In this document: positions 14,565-27,649 of the stretch, piece after piece
Numbering within the stretch: position 1 is the stretch's first letter
How the letters are laid out: the number at the start of each line of letters is the position of its first letter
The notes under the pieces: generated by a model
Told to the model about the DNA's origin: nothing
The model's input: the letters and a program-made list of their open reading frames with translations, nothing else
The model's database searches: none
Assembly: GCA_964304625.1 (NCBI GenBank)
Contig: OZ199839.1
Coordinates: 7,897,166 to 7,961,165, forward strand
Reading direction: 5' to 3'
DNA: 64,000 nucleotides
From: Kudoa neothunni
Lineage: Eukaryota > Animalia > Cnidaria
Translations under genes and position numbers: made by a program

Positions 14565-16371
14565 TTAATTATGAGATTTATTTATGATCAGTTTCCAAAT
14601 GTTAATGTATCCATCGTCGCCAGCAGTGATAAAAAAAGATTTTGAATTTTCAGCTACCTCAATCACTGCATTAATATCTTGTGTATGTGCCTAAAAAAGT
14701 TTAATTCAAATCAAAGTGTTGGTTCAATTACGTTTGGAACTGTACGAACTAATTCTAATAGCTTTTGTTGAGGTGAAAAAGTATACACATTAATAGCATT
14801 CTCTCCTCCAACAGAAATGACAAGAAAATTATTGAAAAATCTAAACAATGTCGTTTTTAAGTTTTTCTAACGAATACATACAAAATATCATAAATAGGTT
14901 CTTGATATGCACTGTCATAACAGCAAACAAAAGAAGGATGACATTCATTATTGGGGTTGTCTGTCAAATCGATTAAACATACAAAGACAATTTCATATCA
15001 TATACCTCCTGCAACAGCTGATGAATTCGCATAATCACCAAGACCTTTAAATTTCAAAACATCCCATACAACAACACGCATATCAGCTCCACAAGAAACT
15101 ATAATTTATCCGGCTCATTACTCATTACTCAATTGTATTGTAAAATTATCCACCTAAATAATTGCCATCTGGGCTAAAATCAATGCTCCAAACTGTATTG
15201 TTGTGGTAGCAAAGAGTGTCAACACGATACCTAACAACTTTCAGTACATGAGGAAACAACAAGAATACCATTCATAATCATCGTCATAGTTAGGCATATA
15301 AATGTTGATATTATTGTCATAGCTTGAAGAAGCAAGCATCTATCAACCGAAAATCATCTCATTTAGGAACAACAGTATATTATTTGTTGTTTAATTAGTG
15401 CATAATTTATAGCATAAAATTATAGATTGTATGACTAACTCTAGCGCCACAATGTTTTTAAATATATCAATATTAAAATTGTATATCCGCAATAAATTAG
15501 TAATTTAGAGAAATATCGATTAAAAAAACTATTTAGATTAGTCGAAATAAACAATTAAATATTAAAATTAATGTTAATATAAAGAAATACCATTTTTTGG
15601 GGATGAAACTTTATTTTCTTCACATCTGCTTTGTGTTGGTAGAGAGCTGATTCATTTTCAAAAAACTTTTCATTCTCCTCAACTAATATTTGATATATAA
15701 GCATATTAAATACTAATAAAATAACATTTCCATATCCACACACTGTGGTCTCTGGAGCAGGTGGCCAAATAAGGTTGCAATGCGTGCCAACTCACACATT
15801 TGACTTCATTTTCATGTCCTTGTAATGTTTCGACCAAATTTAGATCGAATCCTAACCCAATAAATTTTCACCGGTCGAAAAACGATCAGTACCTTCCGAG
15901 GTGTTTATCGATGGTGAAACACTCCAAATGGACACTTGTGAGTCAAAACTTCCAAAAACTATGTAGTTTTCACATGGCGATACCACAACTATTTAAATAG
16001 AAATATTTATCATATTCTATAAAAATAATTATAATTAATTACTAGATCGTATAGATTTCTTATGAACTTCAAAAACCCCCTTTAAACTTCGATGTGATAA
16101 ATACTTCATGTCTTTTGATAAAAACCATGCAATAACCTAAAAAATCAAAATTCCCAAATGTAGTATGTGTAATAATATTTTACTTTTTTATTCGCATTAC
16201 TTGAAACAATCGCATTGTATCTCTTTAAAAATTGTAAACTCCATATTTGGTTTTGATCTACGAGAAAATGGATCTTAGCTAAAAATTAGAATATTTACAA
16301 TCGGCTTTATCCTTATTTTCAGTTATGGAGATAACCTTCTCCACGACGTACTCCTCCAAATTGTGGTCCAT
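14565..16371 (-). CDS. CIAO1: Cytosolic Fe-S cluster assembly WD40 protein Cia1/CIAO1, multi-exon
   Basis: Exon translations [98 protein letters not shown] match the Cia1 repeat order. Start at 16371 is less certain. Confidence 0.9.
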
Positions 16372-17308
16372 GACTACAAATGCGTGTTATTGTTGCATGA
16401 ATCGAACTACCAGCAGCGCACATGCAACAATGGTATTAAACATGCACGAGTTCGCTATCCAGCTAGATTGGTGCATATATTATCCTTAAATTTGTTGTCG
16501 CTCTGTGTTTGAATTCTTTAATAATTTTATAAGCTAAATAGTTTTTATCTTCTGATCGATGAAAAAAATAAAATTCATATTTCGATAGGCAGAATTTGAA
16601 ATAATAGTTTACTGGGTAACTTCTGTGCATTTTAAGTCATCCTCACTTTCGGTGATACTTCGTCATCTTAATCAATCTATTAAATAGTCAGATTCGCTTG
16701 TGTAATTGGACAAATTTCTGAATTGTCTATATTATATGCGATCTAGCTAGATTTATTCAGAATGATTGGCTTATTTTTTGTCTTTAATTCTATTAATCAA
16801 AAATTGAAATAGCTTAACAAAATATATATATTCGAAATGGATTGAATAATTTTAATCCTTGGAAAAGATTATCGAATATATTAAACTTCTTAAACACTGA
16901 AGCAAAATATTTTGTATCAAAAATAATCAAATATAGCATTCGCTAAGAAAAGTTCTTAAATTGATCTAGTAAAGAATGTTTTAGTGGTTAAAAATTGTAT
17001 GATGCGTGCGCATTCATTCAAATAAAAAAAATACAGCACGACTCAAAATCAACCTATTCACCCGTAATTATGGTAAATTAAATTTTGAATTTAATAATGA
17101 AATGCAATAAATAATTATTGAAAGGAAGACAATTACAAAATTTATAAAATATTAATTTTTAGCAGGAAAACTATTCAACTATTTTTATACATTCGGTAAT
17201 CGATTTTCCACATTTATTGTTAATTTAATTAATGATAACTCTAAATGTTTCCAATGTTTATGTACACAAATATATTCAATTTAACGGCAATTTTGGGTAA
17301 ATAATTGA

Positions 17309-17610
17309 CTGTAAAGGGTGCAAAAAATTAACCAAAATCACGTGACCTCCCGATTTTGCAGGCACTGGCGGCTATTGACACGGAAGTTTTTAATCTAAAC
17401 TGGCACAGTGTCCATTATTAATCCCTATTTATAGTCGATCTATAAAGTTTATTTTTTAGAATCTGTTGTATTTAATTATTTTTGGCCTTTGTATACCGCT
17501 CGCTCCTAAGGGCCAAAAATAATTAAATACAATCAAAACTATACCTACCTAGATCTAGATATTATGAGCCATGTCAATACTCTTTTACGATTTTTGCACA
17601 CTTTTTAGAG
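17309..17610. mobile_element. MITE-like element with an internal perfect 22-bp palindrome
   Basis: Imperfect TIRs CTGTAAAGGGTGCAAAAA / TTTTTGCACACTTTTTAGAG. Internal arms at 17466-17487 and 17511-17532. Confidence 0.5.
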
Positions 17611-18589
17611 ACACTCGGTTGTACAATATAACGTTATTTCCAAAAAAATTAAAAATTTAACGAAGATAAAACATATGAACATTAGAAGAAAAATAAAAAA
17701 TCATAAAATACTACTAATATCTTCCATGAATAAACATTAAGATAGTTACTGTGAGACATTTCAACACATCCAATATAACAATCCCCAATAGCCTCCCCGA
17801 AAAAATAATTAAATTTTTTTGCTAATTTAAAATAAGTTTCGACCTTTTTCGATTATTGTTAGAATTGGAAATTGAGGTGTACATGTCGTAGAGGGTCAAA
17901 ATGATTGATTTTTTGTCCATAGTAGTGTGTTTATTCATCATTGTTATTTCAGTAAAAAGGACGTCAATTTTTTTTAAATACCAAACAAGTGATATATAAG
18001 TATTATATTCATGCGTCTTTTTCATGGTCCGGAAGTGGTTGTGCAAAATCGATTGCGTACTATATTTTTAATTAATTAAATTATTTATGTAATTATTCGA
18101 TTTGAACTAAATTTTAACAAAAATTATTGAATAAAGCTGTTTCATATAACCTATCCGCTAAAATTTATTTATATTTAACTATACAAAATTACCTCAACTA
18201 TTTCGGTGTTTATCTCTCGTCGTTCCCCTAACATGAAAGGTTTTATATTATTTTTAGTTTAATAAATGACATTAGGTCTTATAGTTGAAACAGAAACAAT
18301 CTCGTACGCATTATTCAGCTAATATAACAGAATTTAAAAGAGACTTATTTGAACAGACAAAATTATTAATATTATTATTATTATTATTGAAAGAAATACG
18401 ATATGAAATATACAAGTAAATAAATATTTTTATCATTTTTCATTGTGAAAACTTACAATCAAATAACTAAAATTACATGTTCAATAAGTATTCTACCTTA
18501 AAATTATTGTTGTTATTATTATTAACTATCCAATAAAATTTCATTGCTTGAGATATTTTGTTATATACTTCAGAATATCCAGATATAAA

Positions 18590-18733
18590 GTATTTTACCA
18601 GGTCCTATTTTTTTATTAGATCTGATACTAAAAACTAACTCAAAAATTCCATTAGTTTTTATATTAGAAACTAGCTCAAAATGCCATTAGAATTTATTTT
18701 GGGGATAGGTCTTATAATCAGGAGAACACTGTA
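18590..18733. repeat. Probable pogo/Tigger-type MITE end with internal direct repeats
   Basis: Two copies of AACTAnCTCAAAA..CCATTAG, then GGTCTTATAATCAGGAGAACACTG followed by TA. The other end was not found. Confidence 0.3.
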
Positions 18734-18758
18734 TTCATTGGTGACAATATGTCTGAAT

Positions 18759-18889
18759 CAGGGACGGCCATTTCGTTCGTTCAAAAATTTTAAAATTGTG
18801 ATTTTGTTCTGGCTCGTTCACTTTTAACTTGTAACAAATTTTGTTCTTGTGAACGAACACGAACAAAGCTCACGCATTTGCCATCACTG
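18759..18889. mobile_element. 131-bp hAT MITE
   Basis: TIRs CAGGGACGGCCA / TTGCCATCACTG, subterminal CGTTC/GAACG repeats, perfect 8-bp TSD GTCTGAAT (18751-18758, 18890-18897). Confidence 0.85.
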
Positions 18890-19797
18890 GTCTGAATAAG
18901 ATTTCAAAGCAGGGGTGTATTGAAATAAAAATATGAATGTAATGATTGTTTAATTATGCTAGTTCCATAGTTAAATTGGTCATATGAAACCACTGATAGT
19001 TTTTAATTCAAATAATCCATAACTTTCATTATTTATTATATTAAATTACTCATAATAAATAAAAGATAATTTGTCTCTATCTCAACATTTACCTTGTCAC
19101 AATCATCGTGGTTGTATTTTGATGTTAAAATTCAGTATTATTTATGCATTTTTGTTTCTATTAATCAAATGTAAAATTCAACATCGATCGAATGTATCAT
19201 AAAAAGAAAACCACGCGACATTTTAATCAAGCGCCAATCCAAATTTTATGGTGGTTTCACCCAAAAAATATGAGTAAAAAGATGATCAGGTTAATCGCAA
19301 TATTTTTATTCAGAATACATATCAATTTCAAATAAACGAGATTCTATTGTATATAAACAAAATTTATAATTATTGTTGATAAAAATTAAAGTTAAAATTG
19401 CTTAAACAGAAATTTAATATTCACGTATGAATTTTGGTCTTGAAAAAATTAAGTGTCGAGTTCAATTGAGAAACCTTATAAAATGCCATTAAATAATAAA
19501 AAAATTAATCTGTAATAATTAGTTAAAGTCGCTTCATTAAATAATGTAAAATAGAATTGTATTTAGGGAACAACATTAACCTCCTAAAAGTATTTTCGTG
19601 GGATAAACTTGATTTAAGAGCACATTTTAGTGCATTATACATCTTGAAAGTTGAATATATATTCTAATACCAAAATAAAATTTCACATAGTTAAATCATT
19701 CAAAAGAAACAAACAAAATAATTTCTGGAAAGATTTACGCAGAGGGAGTGCTCACGCATTCGCAGTGTCAGTGTATTTGTAGGGCTGTCACATCATC

Positions 19798-20614
19798 ATG
19801 GTTGTAAGTTCAAATAATAATAATACCAAAATTCAATTATACATAGAAATTTGCACTTATGGTAACAGCTGCACTTGAAAATATTGAGTATTTTGTTCCG
19901 AAAACGGAGAATTTTCGTTGGTACATTAAAGTGAGAACATTTTGTCAGTGTGGACTGCGGTTTTTACAAAAAATGGCATTCTAGTTAAGATGTTCAAGTT
20001 GTCAAGAAGAAACAGAGGGATTCGTTTATTTTACCGCAGAAGTATGCAGCGGTTGTTACAAAATTAGCATAGTTGTGTAACTGCTGATAATAGGATTCGG
20101 TAGCTATACCAGGTAGCCGGGGGTACTGCTAATTTGGTGAAAAAGTGTGATTCTTGCAAAAAAAGTTGTAACATAAGTGATTAATTGGTTTTCAGTCAAC
20201 TTTATGGTATTTTGTTAACATAACTTTTAGGTCTTGTTGATAAGTCTGTAAAAAAATATCAAGTATTCATTTATACACAAAAAGTACCCTTATATAGGAT
20301 GAAAAAAGAATGATGATAAACAAAAATTCCAGCAAATTGCTGTTTTTGAAGCTAGAGGTGCCGAGCCTGTCAGCTATGAACCTCCGGTATATTTTTTAAT
20401 GTTGTTGCTGTTGTATATAATTGGTTTAGCTAAATGATTGGCTAGCTTTGTCTTCATTGTCGCCAAAAATTTACGATGTGGAATTCGATGACAATGTAGT
20501 TGATTTCCCATAACGTTTTTAATTGTTAACTAGGTGTGGATTGGCGTAGATGAAAAAAGTGGAGCTGTGATTTCGATATCTGATTTCGATTCTCATTTTA
20601 TAACTATTAAATAA
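19798..20614 (+). CDS. CZIB: CXXC zinc-binding protein (DUF866/C1orf123), about 8 exons; apparent +1 G at 20119-20123
   Basis: MV|KFALMVTAALENIEYFVPKTENFRWYIK|LRCSSCQEE..|DSVAIPGSR(G)TANLVKKCDSCKKSCNI..FQQIAVFEARGAEPVSYEP..WIGVDEKSG..ISDFDSHF follows the DUF866 pattern end to end. Confidence 0.9.
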
Positions 20615-23509
20615 CACTTTAAACTACTAGATGCAACCAATTTTATGATTATATAATTAAAGTAGTTTAGTTTGTGGCAAATTTCTCGAAAAGTTTAGAC
20701 TTATTTTTAATGTCAATACTGTCATTATTATTTTTGTAATTTATTATAACTTTTGCTGATCTATTACATGTTTTACTTTATACTGTTTCTCTATGTATCA
20801 GTTGCCAATCATCTTTACCTATAAAAATACATACATAAATATAGATAAATAAATAAACATAGGTTGTGATATATGTGTATGCCTGTTGCCACAAGCATTA
20901 CTATATAAGTGAGATATTCTCCATCTAAGAGCAAACATTTAAAACAAATATTCAGGTAAACATAGGTTAAAATTTTTATTTGTTCTGAAATTTTAGCCAA
21001 AGAAGTTAATTCTCCATTATTTAATGATGGGAGAAATCAAGCATATGAAAATAAAATTTGGACTTCAATTTAACTCATTACAAGGATATAATTATAGGAA
21101 ATAAATATGCTTATGATTAAGGCGGGAATAAATTGCTCAGCTAAGTTTTAGCGTATTTTTTGTAATAATAAAGAAACCAATTGAATAAGTATATCACAAA
21201 TTTCAACTACCTTATCGTTCTTCGCTACTTTTTAAAAATTGACTAAAAATGATTTATTATAAATTAAGTGGAAAATAGTTATCACATATATGATTTCGTG
21301 GATATTTTTCGGCATCTATAGCCTGTATAAACAATCTTTAATTAGAGTTAGAATAAATAATAGTGTAATAATTAAGTATTAGGTTAGGATTAATTCATTT
21401 CTGAGCGCAGACTATTTTTTATGACTTAGAACAGCCACATTTATGGTATTACTTAAGTGATAACAATATAATAAATATACAATTTATATCACTTAAAAAT
21501 TTGGATTTATTTATAAAAGTAACAAATTTAATAAACATATTTTTAAGAAATTATAAATAACATTATAATCACGTGAGTTGCCAATTTCGTGTACTTTTCT
21601 GCACCCAAAGTGTTCTATTATTATGTCCTGATATAGTTTTAGTTATATGCCTAAAACTGGGATCATTTCTAAAAAAATCCAATATATATATATATATATG
21701 TATATATATATTCTTAAGGTATACCTTCCAAGGATATGATAGGTTCAGTAATAGACAATTTTTTTATTTCATTTGCTCTCCCCTCAAAATAAGATGAGTC
21801 ATGCAGATTAACTGCTTACGATTCCTCACTTTTTAAATAATTATTAAAAATATAATAGTAAATATGAATAAAGTTTCGAATTCATCATCTGTCTAAAAAG
21901 CTGAAGAGAGAATATTCGTACATGTAATAAAAAACTGGAGCTTTTAACAAAATTCAAATTATATTTTGAAATACATGGAATATTAGAAAAAATTCATTAT
22001 TTATTTTTCAGATTTTCCCTTATTCAAGATATTATATAAAATAACACACAGTTCAAACATTAATGAAACCGATTAATTATTCCTAACTAATTTTCTCAGA
22101 TATCTACCTATTCAGCTTATTAACTTAATTATAATGCGAATATTTGAAAAATATAACCTTGAAATACATAGCGTTAGGATAAAACGTTATTTTTTCATTT
22201 ATGCGCTTACATATTTTCGTTAATTTGGTCAACCAGGGCTCGGCGCGCTTTTCCTTAGTTAATAAAAAAATTTAATTTTTAAATTAGTAGCAATGAATAT
22301 ATTGTGATTTCAATAATATTTGATAATTATGCCTGAGTTAATGATTTTATTTTATCATTGATTGCATAAAAATCATATATGTACAAACGTAGAACAAGTT
22401 TGTTGATTATAAGATATTCAACTAAAAAGATATATTTTACAATAATAGATATTAAAACGATTATTTTTACGCAATTTCACCTATGTTGAATATTTATATG
22501 TGTAAATATAATTTCTTATGGTGGATGGTGGATAACTAAAATTTTATTTTTATAATATAGAAAATATTTAAATAAACAAAATAATATAAATGATATGAAA
22601 TTCAGGGGAATTTTGTTCATAAAAAGGCTATCAATCACAATAAAATTGATAATTTCATAATTGTAATATATTTCACCAATCTTAATTAATTAATTAATGA
22701 ATGAATGAATTTCCTCATTAAAGATATAATGTGAGTGGAATTTTAAAAAATCAATGCAGATAAATAATTTGGTTAAATTTTTCAAGCAGATTAATAATTA
22801 ACTTGGCTGATTAATAGTTTGAGTTTTGTTAAAACTAGAAAACCAAGTGAGCACCTAACCAAATTAAATAATGAAAACTAAGGATTTTGTAATATTATGG
22901 CACTTACGTTAAACAAAGGATGCTCTATTTGTGATTTTCATTATAAATTTCATTGGGGAGCGAATAAAAAAGAAATATACAACGATATTCAAACTTAAAA
23001 AATTTTATTTTATTTGATGTGTATGAATATAATCAAAATATATATTTTCCAGTGGCGTGAGTATTCTGAGATATTTGTAGCTAAACAAAATAAATGTTTT
23101 AATCTTAATCATAACGATAAATGATCAAAATTTTATCAGAAATAAAGTCTATCGTCAAGCTTATCAAATTTAAATCTCCTCCCCGTACAAGAATATATAT
23201 ATACAATCGGTTATAGTATATAACTTACATTGATTAATAAATTAATCTCGATTTAAACTAAATTTAGTTCCATGAGTGTTTTCGAAAATCAAATATAAAC
23301 ATTGATTCAATAACGAAAAACTTTAGCAAAAATATCATTATTTTGTGGTTATTTATTTATAATCCCTATAACAATGAAAAAAAATATATTTTCCAATATT
23401 TTTCTGAATTTAATCTATTTATTGCATTACTTTAACATTATCCACAAGCTCATTACTCAAAAGCTAAGATTTCATCAATAGGAAAAATAAAAGTTTTTCA
23501 CTAGTTTTA

Positions 23510-25896
23510 CTATTCAAAATTAATTGTTTTATAAAAATGCTTCACATTTTGGTCGATATGTACATTTCCTGCTGAAAAACCATACACTTTAAGGTATTTT
23601 AGTGATTTTGCTCTTGACAGAGCGACGTAAGTTTGACCAGAAGCGAAAACTCTTGAGAGTGAAACTTGAACAACGTCAAGAGTCAGTCCCTAATTATTTG
23701 AGATCAGTGTATATATTGAGAATGCACATCACCTGGCTTTTGTGAATAGATAAAGCCCATGCTAGGGTAAGGGGGATCTGTGTGCGTGTACAGCTGGCGT
23801 TTTGATTTCGTTTCACTGTGAATTTTTCCGGTTTAATCAAAACCTCTTTTTCTGACATATTAAAATACACCACTGGATAACCTATCAAATAAATGGTCTT
23901 AAAAACACATTGCTCGAAAATGAGAGACAATACCTGTAGTAGGATCAAACCGTACCACATCGCCGGTGGAGCCATTGGTAAGACCAGACGTCACCGACAA
24001 ATTACAACACAACATCACCTAAATTTTCCATTGAAATAGCAATTGGGGTTTCAATGATAAACAATGTATGTATGTATGTATGTATGTATGTATTAAAAGG
24101 TATACTCTAGATCCAATTTTCAATTCCAAATTTGAGGGTACAATAGTTTGTGAGTCTAGCACATTGGAAGCGTCTGTAGGTTGGTCAATCGATTTGTAGG
24201 ATCTCTTCTCACCATCCAGCTCATCAAGATGTTTTTGATTGATCGACGACGCTTCAACTTTATGTGTACACAAATTAGTAGGAACAACTCCGTCTGGGAA
24301 GTTGTTAAATATGGTTTTTTTGATAAGGTTTTCCATAGCATTGTTACATCTATACCAAATCAAATTAGTGAGCACAGTCGACTGGATAAATTCATAGCTG
24401 TTTGAAGTGGGATAACGTACAGGCCAACTCTGAGATAGTTGAGCAGACGTGAAAATTTCTCATCGTTCTTTTGTCGGTGTATAGTTTTCAATTCGAAATT
24501 ACATTCTACACAATCCCTCCAACAGTCAACCTACAACACCAATAGAAATGGGTATAATAAAACAAACTACACCAAAACAAAAGTTGTTTGTCGATGGGGA
24601 TTTCGAACGGGAGCTTTTCTCAACTGGAGGAAGCTGGTAAAAGTCCCCACATAATATGAGTTGAATTCCACCAAAAGGTTTGTTGCAACGCTTCATTGCT
24701 CTCGCAACTGTTTCCAATTTGGAAAAGCAATCTGCCGAAACCATACTAATTTCATCAATCACAAGACATTGGCATCTTTTCCAAAAATCGGCGTAAGGTT
24801 TTCGGCCAGCCAACTCAATGCATTTCTCCACTGTGTGCTCCCCTGTGCCAATACCTATTATCATCACGATTAGCTCACACAAGCCCACTTTTGAAATAAC
24901 TCACCAGCAAACGAATTTATTGTGGTTCCATTGATCTGACTGGCAGCAATACCAGTGCTGGCTGTGACAAAAGTAGACGAAGGAGGTAGATGAGTGATAA
25001 GACATTTCATTAGGTAGCTTTTACCAGTTCCAGCACCACCTGTGATGAACACACTTTTGCCGCTTAAAATAGCTTTTAAAACTCTCTTCTGCTCGGCGTT
25101 TAGTTCGTATTCGTCGATTTTCATTTTCTAACCAATTATTCATACTCCAATTCGAATAAGATCATCAATCTTACTTTGGAAGCGTTAGAAAATTTAGTGG
25201 GACTAGCTTGAAAATCGTTTTCATCGTAATAACGCTTTGTTGTGGTATCTGTTTCAGTAAATCGTTTGCCGATAATATCACTTTGTGAGGCAGATTTGAG
25301 TCGGCGTAATTCAGCATACTTTGAACAACAAAATAATCGGTTTTTTTCCCATAACCAAAAAATACTTTTTTCATCTCATTATTTGTGAGTGGGCTTATTT
25401 TTTGAACGGAATTATTACGTATGACCATTCTTACCAAGCTCGACTCACTACTACTGTTATTGCTGTCAACAGAAGAAAGTGAAGTGTTGCAGCGATCAGC
25501 ATTTGAAAGAGTTCTTTTTACGAATAGTGTTTTCACAAAGACACTCAAATTTGCTGGAGGTACATTAGATAATAATATTAGAATTTGATCTTTCAATAAG
25601 GTTAACGTAATTTTTCCTATCGATCCGATTAAGCATTTAAACACACAAACACATTCATCTATACCTTCTCTTATAAACTTGGTACTACCTTTAAAATCCT
25701 CAAGGATGTATATGTGTTTTTTGTTGGTTTTCGAAGGTTTTAACACAATACAAATATTGCTGTGTGTGTTTCGGCAAAGTGAAACCTCGGTGTTGTTGCA
25801 TGAGAAAATTTGATGTTGTTTATTATTTGATGCAATTTTTTCAACTCGAACAACAGAACAAAAATTACACAGTGCTCCCACTGCCTCTCCCGCCAT
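23510..25896 (-). CDS. PIF1: ATP-dependent 5'-3' DNA helicase PIF1, multi-exon
   Basis: N-terminal PINT-like region (FIREGKITL..LLSNVPPANL), FITGGAGTGKS, TASTGIAA, LVIDEISMV, PFGGIQLILCGDFYQLPPV, RTQIPLTLAWALSIHKSQ, VFASGQTYVALSRAKSL. The start may be 25896 or an upstream in-frame ATG. Confidence 0.95.
24064..24093. repeat. (TATG)n microsatellite inside a PIF1 intron
   Basis: About 7 tandem TATG units. Confidence 0.9.
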
Positions 25897-27649
25897 TGAG
25901 ATTATTAATAGCAACGCGGTCATTCCCTCTATAAACTCATTTCCCGCCGGTGGCATTCAATTATCAATATAACGGCTAATGCTGTATTTTCTCAACATTA
26001 TAGTGTTATTTTTAGTTACGTTTAAAGTTAAAAATCACTTTTAGAGAGGTATTTTTGCTCCCAAAAATTTATTTATTCAAAAAATAATAAACATTAAAGT
26101 AAATTTGGGAAAGAATAATTAAACGAGTTATTCACTGATTAACATTAAATTTTTAACGGAGTTTCGGTTGAAGCAGAATAAACACCGCTAATCCGCCAGA
26201 TGAAACTTACCTGCGCATGAACAAATCATTTATTTCATAGACCTCTTTGAATGAGTTATTTTTGTAGGTATTGTTCTGCTCAACAAAATTTATATATCTT
26301 ATATATAAGGATGCGCCTACTAAAATATTAGAATGGATTAGGTATTAAGCTCTCAGGGAAAATTTCCTATATAATTCACGTATCGGCTTTATTCATGAGA
26401 AAATTGACTTCTACAGTATCTCGGCGATTTTTTACCGTTGTTTTCGTTTCGAAATATTTATTTAAATAATTTTGCAACAAAATTATCGTCGATCGAAGCG
26501 AAAACTAATCCTACATATTTCAGTTTTAACGACAAACCAAATATCTAACTGGAGATTATTGAAACCAATTTTTCATGATTTCATGGTAGATGTATTTTAC
26601 TATTATGTGTCGGCGAAAAATGATTTATAACTTGTTATGACGATGAATACTTCAGATTGAAAAGAGAGAATTTTCAACGAGATCACCCGAGAATGCGGGC
26701 GCCTTTCTTTCTGAGTCTGAAGAAGAGAATATATTTTCTTCTATGAAGTACTATTTTAATGATGTGATTTAAATTCTATTATTGAAATATTATTATCATT
26801 TTCTATAAATTCGAAATTTACGCAAAAAATCTTAATTTTAACTCTCTCAATCACACGAAAATTTACACCTTTCTAGAAAAAATGGCGTAGAAATCTACCT
26901 CGGAATTTTGTAGACGGCAAAAATTTACTTTAGGACCCTGGCGTGCGCATATATGTATCATATACGTAGATGTGTATGGAGAAAATCGAAAATTTTTTTA
27001 TTACATATAATTTGTTAACCGGAAAAATTAGTCTTATTTGATTTACAGCTTATTTAAATACTTCTAGCTTTTGAAAACTCATTTTTTAATTCGAATTTGA
27101 ATAGCCATGTTTAAATCAAAAAGGGATTTTTGTCACGAGTGGAGCTTATTGTATGAGTACAAGCACACAGAATACTCTCAGTTTTATTTGCGTTAACACA
27201 TTCGGTTGTAACAAATTGTAATAAGTAGTTGCAATTCCACGAAAAAAAACCAGAAACTTATCGACTGTGTTATGTGTGCGCGCCACGATCTTTAGTAAAC
27301 TCTGTTCTTGACGACTAAAACTGTTTAAAATATAAAGTTATTTAATCTCTAATAGTTTTGATAAATTCTATCGATCCGATTTTAGTAAATCAGGAAACAT
27401 TATTATTGAGAAAGGAAAGGAAGGAACAGCGAGAAAAACACACAAGTAAATAACGAAAATTTACGACTGCGCGCGATAACGAAAATGCCTGTATGTACAG
27501 TCTATTAGAGTCGTCAGTTGTTGTATTTTTTACCGTATAATGATTGGTAAGAATCAGCTATACTTTTTTACTTGAAGGTGGCTATAAGACGGTTTTTATT
27601 TACGTCATGACTCCTGGAGAAGGGCGAGGGGATAATAAGATAATTGTGT

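Noticed and set aside
23510-25956. PIF1 as a Helitron RepHel or TE-captured helicase
   Set aside because: It has a PINT-like N-terminus and ordinary introns, with no HUH Rep motifs or Helitron ends.
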